Source of the DNA: Armatimonadota bacterium
GTDB taxonomy: Bacteria > Armatimonadota > Fimbriimonadia > Fimbriimonadales > Fimbriimonadaceae
Assembly: GCA_025360125.1 (NCBI GenBank)
Contig: JANYCU010000012.1
Location: 25,445-89,444 of the forward strand
Length of the DNA: 64,000 bases
Direction: 5' to 3'
Below the pieces are notes generated by a model that had not been told where the DNA came from, ran no database searches, and worked only from the letters and a program-made list of their open reading frames with translations. A program made the position numbers and the translations under genes. Positions 38,001 through 44,551 of the stretch are shown here, piece by piece; within the stretch, counting starts at the first letter, position 1, and the number at the start of each line of letters is the position of its first letter.

Positions 38001-38186
38001 GCGCCCGCCAATTGCCTCTCCGCACGGCGGAGAGGCACGCTTCAATCTATTTCTTAAGCACGGTAGAGACCATGATGGCGGTCTTGCCGTCTTTCTTCGT
38101 TGCGACTAACGAGAACGTGGCGCCAGAGTCAGTGGTTCCCTTAACCATCATCGTATCTCCTCCGCCCATTGCCTTGCCGCCTTTGA

Positions 38187-38402
38187 CTTTGCCTGTGTAA
38201 AATTCGGCAACCTGCTTCGGAGAATCAGTGGTCGTTCGGCACCAGCGGCCAGGCTGTGGGTCACTTCTACACTGGTATTAGCGGACAAGGAACCATCACC
38301 CCAGCCTCGACAGTGCCTGAGTCTGCCTCGCTGGCCGTCCTTGGCCTCGGCGCGGTCGATCTGATTCGACAAGAAAACGAGCATAAAATAGGCAACCTAT
38401 AA
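38187..38402 (+). pseudogene. 3' remnant of a PEP-CTERM-anchored protein gene
   Basis: The frame ends ...TPASTVPESASLAVLGLGAVDLIRQENEHKIGNL*, i.e. VPEx, a hydrophobic helix and a charged tail. No plausible start or body lies upstream. Confidence 0.4.
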
Positions 38403-38434
38403 GGCCCCGAGAACGAAGTTCTCGGGGCCTTTTT
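38403..38434 (+). terminator. Strong rho-independent terminator
   Basis: GGCCCCGAGAAC-gaa-GTTCTCGGGGCC (perfect 12-bp stem) followed by TTTTT. Confidence 0.85.
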
Positions 38435-38590
38435 GCGTGTAGGGCGGAGTAAAGCAACTCGATCACCGCTATTAAGCTGCAATGACAATGATTTGTCCGA
38501 CCGATAGATTTTCGTGAGCTTCCAAGACTTAGTTGGACAAAGGCACGATCCCCGGACACTCGGCGACTCCAGATTCTCAATATTCACCTG

Positions 38591-38721
38591 AACCTTAACA
38601 CGTGGTTAGAGGTTTGTCGGCAGTTCGGGCACGGGGTGTGCCCGGAGTATTTCCGGTTCCTACCGTGGTATTCCTTCTGCTCGCTTTCTGATCCGCCCCG
38701 AGGATCTCGTTCCGCGACAGC
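38591..38721 (+). pseudogene. Truncated duplicate of the 5' end of the DUF2723 gene at 44552 (left arm of the island-flanking direct repeat)
   Basis: Positions 38601-38721 align to 44551-44698 at about 76% identity by hand alignment. Translates MVRGLSAVRARGVPGVFPVPTVVFLLLAF* versus MVRGLSAVRAGVVPKVLAVPAVAV... Confidence 0.7.
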
Positions 38722-38725
38722 AGAT

Positions 38726-39055
38726 CTAACTTTTCGGTTCAATCACGATGATTTTGCCCTGCGGTAGTGTTTCCAAAGTCTCTAAGACCTGATCGGCTAA
38801 GGGGGCGATTCCTGGGTAGTCGGTCAAGATTGAATTCAAAACGAGCACACTAATTGTACTTCCTGACATATTCTGTTGATGGCGCATTTGTTTGTCCGCC
38901 GTAATCATCACTGGAAAGCCGTACTCTTCTGACGCACTAAGTAGGCTCCCATTCTTATATTCGGCCCAGCTCAAAGTGAATGTCGCCTTTACTTCGTGAC
39001 CGACCAGCAGCTTTGCAAATCGCCAATCGACGTTATTGTCAAACAGGACCTGCAT
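38726..39055 (-). CDS. DUF5615-like (Mut7-C/PIN-like) putative toxin
   Basis: MQVLFDNNV...LLVGHEV...GFPVMITADKQM layout matches DUF5615. Internal ATG 39055 chosen, giving a 17-nt overlap with the DUF433 gene. Confidence 0.7.
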   Translation of the reverse strand: MQVLFDNNVDWRFAKLLVGHEVKATFTLSWAEYKNGSLLSASEEYGFPVMITADKQMRHQQNMSGSTISVLVLNSILTDYPGIAPLADQVLETLETLPQGKIIVIEPKS

Positions 39056-39296
39056 AGACCACCGGTTCGACGCCAAAGGTTCGACGAGCTTGATTTTGCT
39101 CCCAACGCACAACTGCGTATGCGTGATCTGGAGTTACGTTTGGAAATCCTTCGAGAAAGTCTGAAACTGGTAAGCCGCGAGTCAAGGTATCGAGCAGAGC
39201 CTGGACTGGCACGCGCGTGCCAACAAACCGCACCGCTCCGTGCAATGTATCGGGCGTCGCAATCAAAATTCCTTCCAGTTCCTTTGGGATCGTCAC
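39039..39296 (-). CDS. DUF433 putative antitoxin
   Basis: G.VRFVGTRVPVQALLDTLTRGLPVSDFLEGFPNVTPDHAYAVV matches the DUF433 signature (GTR.pv..l...l..G.s...fl..fP.vt). Confidence 0.75.
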   Translation of the reverse strand: MTIPKELEGILIATPDTLHGAVRFVGTRVPVQALLDTLTRGLPVSDFLEGFPNVTPDHAYAVVRWEQNQARRTFGVEPVVYAGPV

Positions 39297-40248
39297 AGCC
39301 CGTGTACCTCTTCATATGTATTATGCTATGAATTCGGCAAGGAATCAGCAGTTAGCTTCAAGTCGAGAGGCTCAAGTTCTGCCGAATTCGCCCGATATCT
39401 AGAACATAGTGTCAGGTTTATCCGCCGTTCGTGAACGCGTATTGAGTCCGTTCCTGCCGTCGCGGTGTAGTTCCCCAAGAAGTACCGCGACAAGCCAGTC
39501 GAGGGGACCGCGGCAGATGGTGTTTATGATTGGATGCGGCGATAGGACGAACATGTGGGGGCGGAGTCGGAGCATAGGTGTCTCGCCAGTGGAAAAGCCG
39601 AATCGCAAAAGTCCATTGAACTGATCCGGAGGATCGCATATAGTTGCCAGGGGTCATTTGTCGTTTCAGCGACATATGACCCCTGGAAAGGTCCATATCA
39701 GCCAAAAGTCCATGGAGCGGTGAAGTCTCAACTGCGTGGAGCAAGGGATAACCAGCGACCCTAAAAAAAAGAGCAAAGATATTGAGAATGAATTTCGATT
39801 TGTTCAAACTTTAGATTGGAGTTCCTTACCGCCATAATGGCGGGGTCGCTACGCTCCTCGGACTTCGAAATGATCCGTTCTTTCCAGGGGTCTACGTTCG
39901 TTCCACTCACTACGACACCCTGGCTACTTTCTTTGACCCTCCGGGTCAGGAAAACAAAATTGTTAAAAGTCCGAGGAGCGACGAACACCCACCACACACA
40001 AATGTCAAGAACAAAGCGACCCGGCGATTATCGCCGTAATGAGAACTACGAAATTCCCTTTCGAGGGGTTTGGACCTGGAGAGGCGGGCTGCGGTTTCAG
40101 CCGCATTCCGGAAGGTGGAGCCGCATCGGGACGCCGTGCAGTTCGCTCCAGACTTTTGGGTTCACGTTGACCAGTTTGGTTTGATTGGCCAGCATGAATT
40201 GGCGGGCTATCTCCCTCTGGCGAGAGGGAGCGGTGAGTTCAGTCCATT

Positions 40249-40758
40249 TCAAACCAACCTGAACTGCTGGACGAACCGAGGGAGTCGAATCATCAGAGCG
40301 CGTTTGCCGCTTGATGCCGCGGACTTGATGTTGAAGCTGTAGGTGAATCCATACCATTTATGAAACTTCACCGCCTTGCCTGGAGTCGTGCAACTCGACG
40401 AGCATCCGGCTTTGGCGGCTCTGTAGACCAGCGCCGCAATTGGCCACAGAATCGTGATGCACATAACCGCAATCCCGATTCCCAATGGCTGGCTGCCGGT
40501 TTTCCACCAGCAGAACAAATAAGAGAATCCGGCGAGGAACAGGCTCAGCCCAAACACTCCTTCTGCCATGGCCACTTTGCCAACGTGGGACTTGCATTGC
40601 GCACAATATGGGAAATCGAACGTCATGGTTTTGGTTTTGCCATTCTCAGACTTCGGGGGTCGAGTCGCGACGATCGGTACCGACGTCGTCGCCTCTTCGC
40701 CGCAGCAGGCGCATTGGGCGGGAAAGTTGAACTTCTGGCCGTTAATCTCGACTTTCAT
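40249..40758 (-). CDS. Hypothetical Cys-rich membrane protein
   Basis: N-terminal CACCG...CAQC zinc-ribbon-like pairs, two TM helices, and a C-terminal CSSSC motif. Confidence 0.55.
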   Translation of the reverse strand: MKVEINGQKFNFPAQCACCGEEATTSVPIVATRPPKSENGKTKTMTFDFPYCAQCKSHVGKVAMAEGVFGLSLFLAGFSYLFCWWKTGSQPLGIGIAVMCITILWPIAALVYRAAKAGCSSSCTTPGKAVKFHKWYGFTYSFNIKSAASSGKRALMIRLPRFVQQFRLV

Positions 40759-41035
40759 GATTGATAATATTATTGGAAAGTTGACGCTGAAGGCACAGCC
40801 AATTCCTTGCTATTCGACTGTGCACTGAGAAGTCGCAGTTCAGCAGGTTTTCATTACCTGCCATACAGGTTCTAAACCAGCTAGGAGAACCATTCGGCCC
40901 ATAACGTAAGTCCCAGGCACAACTGTGGTAGACTATCGTCTACTCTGTTGAAAAATTGGTCTCTTCGATCTCCCAATTTCACGGTAACCTTCCCCTTGAA
41001 ATTGGGAAAGAAAAACTGCAGGAGCTTGAGCAAGA

Positions 41036-42013
41036 ATGTCCAGAATATATGAACTTTTACTGGAATTGACTGAGCCAGGGACTCCCGTCAATCAACTACA
41101 CCTAAGAGAATTTTCTCGCCTCCTCGGCTGGCAGCCAACGGACAATTTTACCGTGCCAAACTTGAGTGTAACGGCGAAGGCTCACTTAATGGTCGAGCAC
41201 GGACTTGAGAATGCCGCCGTAATCAGCTTTCTTGGTCGACGCTCCTATAACGATCTAAGTTCGGAAGAAACCAGGGCCCTTCTTGGGGTCTCATACAATA
41301 ATCTAGTTGACTGGCATGTGGGCGTTAACCAAAACGAAGTAGTCTACATTTACAATCGGATGGAGTCTCCGAAAGTCGTGCATCGGTCAGAAATAGCCCG
41401 ATCAAACACTGATGCTCTTACGAATGAAGCATTTGAAAGAATTGTAGGTAGGCGCCCGAACCCAAATGTCCCAGCCCTCGATTCCGCCCTAATTGATACA
41501 ATCTCCATTTGGAAAAGAGAGCTATCTACGGCTCTTAACTATCAAGTCGACAATAATGAACTTTCGGCACTATTTAACAAAGTAATCTTTGTCAGAGCTG
41601 CCGAAGACCATGCAAAAAATAATAGGCAAGTTCAGATTGAGACTCTCCGATCGATCTGGTACCAGTCTGACAAAACCGATCTTCCCAACTACATTGCAAA
41701 GCCTTCAGTTCTAGAGAAATTCAAAGGCGTCGATAGTGTTCTATTGTCATCAATGATTGAAGATTTTTACGAAAATCGATACGCTCGTTTTTATAGTTAT
41801 GACTTTTCAGTAATGTCTAAACACGCACTTAGTCGCATTTACGAACATTATGTCAGTCTACTTAGCGTTGAGCAATCCTCTCAAGATACACTTTTTCCTA
41901 AACTTCCAAATGAAGAAAGAAATAAAGCATTCGGGAGTTTTTATACGCCTCAGTATATATCTAGATTCTTTGCTCGATATATTGCAAGATCGAATTCCAC
42001 CGAGCGCCTTTAG
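41036..42013 (+). CDS. N-terminal fragment of a frameshifted gamma-class N6-adenine DNA methyltransferase (Eco57I/type IIG-like architecture)
   Basis: Helical N-domain with VIFVRAAEDH. Ends with FGSFYTPQYISRFFARYI (the FYTP motif preceding the SAM site) and then a premature stop. Confidence 0.8.
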   Translation: MSRIYELLLELTEPGTPVNQLHLREFSRLLGWQPTDNFTVPNLSVTAKAHLMVEHGLENAAVISFLGRRSYNDLSSEETRALLGVSYNNLVDWHVGVNQNEVVYIYNRMESPKVVHRSEIARSNTDALTNEAFERIVGRRPNPNVPALDSALIDTISIWKRELSTALNYQVDNNELSALFNKVIFVRAAEDHAKNNRQVQIETLRSIWYQSDKTDLPNYIAKPSVLEKFKGVDSVLLSSMIEDFYENRYARFYSYDFSVMSKHALSRIYEHYVSLLSVEQSSQDTLFPKLPNEERNKAFGSFYTPQYISRFFARYIARSNSTERL

Positions 42014-43616
42014 GACATTAAAATCTTTAGATCCTGCCTGCGGTTCGGGAATATTTCTTCGCACTCTCTTAGAGATGCAGTGTGATCCAATGTTGAACAA
42101 TGTTACAGAGCAGACAGTTACCAGCTCTGTCGAAAATGTGATGGGATGGGATATTGACCCTAATGCTTGCCAAGCTACAGAGCTGTCATTAGCATTGCTT
42201 CACCTAGTTTTACTTAATAAACTCCCCGACAACCTACCAATTCTGGTCACAGAGAGCCTGCAGCATTTTCTCGATCACCCAGAGGTTCACGATACTCTTG
42301 ATGTTGTTCTGGCCAATCCACCATTTGTTCGTTATGAGCTTCTCTCGAATGATCTCAAAGAACGAATGGGCTTGGTTTTGGGTCAATATGGTCAGGGGCG
42401 CTCCGATTTATATTTAGCATTTCTTATGCTCGGCTTAAAGCTCTTGAAACCTGGAGGAATTGCTTGCTTTGTTGTGCCACAAAGTTTCCTTACTGGCAAA
42501 AGCTCGGGAGAAATGAGAAAGCTTATTATAGAATCAGCTTGGGTCCTATGCCTAGCAGATTTGACAAATATTCGAGTCTTTCCTGGGGTAAGCGCTTACG
42601 TATCCTTAGTCATTTTTCAGAAAAAATTTGATGGTAGCCCTGCACCTAAAGCAACATTGGTTCGCGCCCAAGATTTGGCTGGCAAAGCTTTGATGGATGC
42701 GGTAATCGGCAGAACTATTGACAATAACTATTACAGCGTGTTTCCCGTTGAGCAAAGGTTTTTTCACGACAATCCGGCTTGGATAGTTTTAAGGCCCGGT
42801 GAAGAGAGGTTAAAAGAACGATTGTCAAGCTTCCCTCATGTGGGAGAATTTCTTGAGATTAATCAAGGATTTATAACGGGTTTAGATCGCGTATTTATTC
42901 GGCCCAAAAGCGAAGTTTCGAAATCGGAAAGATCGATTTATCGTCAATACCTGCCTGATAGGCAAATGAAAAAGTATGCTTCACCCAAGGCAGTAGAAGA
43001 CCTCGTCTTCTACCCGTTTAATGAGGACGGCGATAAGATAACCGAGGAACAACTGATTAAAGCATATCCCGACACATGGAGATATTTGACCAGCCACCGG
43101 GCTCAACTTGAAAAGAGGTCCGGCAAGAGAGCCCATTGGTGGGAGCCCACGCGATCACGATCTCCGCGAAATATGATGCGACCTAAGATCATGACTCCTC
43201 ACTTGACCTTAGAACCAAGGTTTTCGATCGATATGTCAGGTCAATACGCCGTATCGAGATCTCCTTTTCTCTATCCCAAGGATCATCAATTTGAAGAGCA
43301 GTATCTTCTTTTCTTCGCTGCTGTCTTGAATTCACCAGTGGCCTACTGGTTTATGAAAATAAACTCGACTAATTTTGACAAGGGTTATTCGATGCTGGAG
43401 GGTCCTTCTATAAAGTCAACTCCAGTTCCTGATCCAAGAACAGTACCTCCCACCCAAATGAGCAAGATTTTGAATCTGGTTAGGGCAAGATGTAACGAGT
43501 TCAATGATCAGAAACTCATGGAATTAGACCGTCAGATTGACTCTGCGATTGGTGAATTGTACGGCTTGTCAGTCGAAGAACAGGTTATGCTCGGTTATCA
43601 ACATGCCTCAGATTGA
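41850..43616 (+). CDS. C-terminal fragment of the same methyltransferase (SAM-binding, catalytic NPPF and target-recognition domains)
   Basis: In the +1 frame relative to the N-fragment. LDPACGSGIFL (motif I) and VLANPPFVRYE (motif IV). TaqI/Eco57I-type C-terminal TRD. Confidence 0.85.
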   Translation: MSVYLALSNPLKIHFFLNFQMKKEIKHSGVFIRLSIYLDSLLDILQDRIPPSAFRTLKSLDPACGSGIFLRTLLEMQCDPMLNNVTEQTVTSSVENVMGWDIDPNACQATELSLALLHLVLLNKLPDNLPILVTESLQHFLDHPEVHDTLDVVLANPPFVRYELLSNDLKERMGLVLGQYGQGRSDLYLAFLMLGLKLLKPGGIACFVVPQSFLTGKSSGEMRKLIIESAWVLCLADLTNIRVFPGVSAYVSLVIFQKKFDGSPAPKATLVRAQDLAGKALMDAVIGRTIDNNYYSVFPVEQRFFHDNPAWIVLRPGEERLKERLSSFPHVGEFLEINQGFITGLDRVFIRPKSEVSKSERSIYRQYLPDRQMKKYASPKAVEDLVFYPFNEDGDKITEEQLIKAYPDTWRYLTSHRAQLEKRSGKRAHWWEPTRSRSPRNMMRPKIMTPHLTLEPRFSIDMSGQYAVSRSPFLYPKDHQFEEQYLLFFAAVLNSPVAYWFMKINSTNFDKGYSMLEGPSIKSTPVPDPRTVPPTQMSKILNLVRARCNEFNDQKLMELDRQIDSAIGELYGLSVEEQVMLGYQHASD

Positions 43617-44139
43617 AATTACAATTAATGACCTTACGCTCAGGATGAAATCTGCCAAGAACCTGCTAAAACCCATAGCGGATTCCTTTTCAAGTGTTAT
43701 GTCTGTCAACAGATCTTACAATGGATATTTGGCTATTGGTGCTTATTCCGGTGGTGCTGTCGGCATTCCTGCGTCTTGGAGAGTGAAATGCGAAAAAGGC
43801 ATATATGTAAATTACTATGAGTTATGGCAAGAATTCGGTCAAAAAGGCAACTACTTCCTAAGTACAGTTTGTCTAAATTTCTACCGACTCGACGGATTCT
43901 CCGGCACAGAAGAAGAATTATTTATGATCCATGCGGATCCCGACTGGTTATCTACTAGACCGCACGGCGTCTACAAAAAAGGTCCCCACCTCCATGTTAT
44001 TTCCGGAGATTGGGCTCATGTACATATCGGCCTAAATGTCGGTCATCTCAGCCAAGTACTCAAATCGCCGAGTAGCCTGAGTCTAGCCCTGGCCTCCGGC
44101 GTGGACTTAGTTGCGAATCAAATTCTTCCCGTGTTGTAA
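43603..44139 (+). CDS. Hypothetical 178-aa protein translationally coupled to the methyltransferase
   Basis: ATG 43603 lies 14 nt inside the methyltransferase 3' end. His-rich motifs IHADPDW, GPHLHV and HVHIG. No family recognised. Confidence 0.6.
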   Translation: MPQIEITINDLTLRMKSAKNLLKPIADSFSSVMSVNRSYNGYLAIGAYSGGAVGIPASWRVKCEKGIYVNYYELWQEFGQKGNYFLSTVCLNFYRLDGFSGTEEELFMIHADPDWLSTRPHGVYKKGPHLHVISGDWAHVHIGLNVGHLSQVLKSPSSLSLALASGVDLVANQILPVL

Positions 44140-44551
44140 ATATCTTAGATTTTGGTTCACGTTTGTCAAACAATAGTCGGGTATTTCCTAAATGCAAACG
44201 GTTGGCAAGATGCCCGTGCCTTAAATACATTCCCCAGAACTTTCGGAGACTTAACACGAAGCCAGCGCTGCTCGCCCTCACCCCTGCGCCCCCCTTGGGA
44301 CTTCGTTCCGTCATCCATGGCCTCAACCGAACCCCCATCCCTCACCCTTCCCCCTCTGCAAAGCCCGACAAGGGGAAGGGAATATAGGCTCATGTTCCAC
44401 CAGATTCGCCCGCCCCGGTTCGCTTCGCTCACTTCCCTCGTCCCGTCAGGTCGGGATTTCCCCATTGCTGCTTCGCAGCTCCTCTCAACTAGCTCGGCGG
44501 GACGTCGGAAATTGGACTGAAGTTCCACCAATTCGAACCGAAACCTAAAGT

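Noticed and set aside
38030-38215. Minus-strand frame ending ...VAEFYTGKVKGGKAMGGGDTMMVKGTTDSGATFSLVATKKDGKTAIMVSTVLKK*, which looks protein-like.
   Set aside because: No in-frame start gives a product longer than 60 aa, and the upstream frame degenerates quickly. At best it is another gene remnant, not a supportable CDS.
39816-39910. tRNA- or tmRNA-like element (palindrome CCGCCATAATGGCGG, GGACTTCGAAATGATCC, ACGTTCGTTCC).
   Set aside because: No cloverleaf can be drawn. The T-loop consensus GGTTCGAATCC is absent, and there are no acceptor-stem pairings.
39297-40248. Intact integrase or recombinase gene expected for the island.
   Set aside because: No ORF longer than 129 aa is present, and none of the translated frames shows tyrosine- or serine-recombinase motifs by eye. 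Only a tblastx search could reveal decayed remnants.
44521-44550. TTCGAACC motif just upstream of the right repeat arm, considered as a tRNA 3' fragment (a typical att site).
   Set aside because: The surrounding sequence does not form a T-arm or acceptor stem on either strand. The repeat homology is with the protein-gene 5' end, not with a tRNA.
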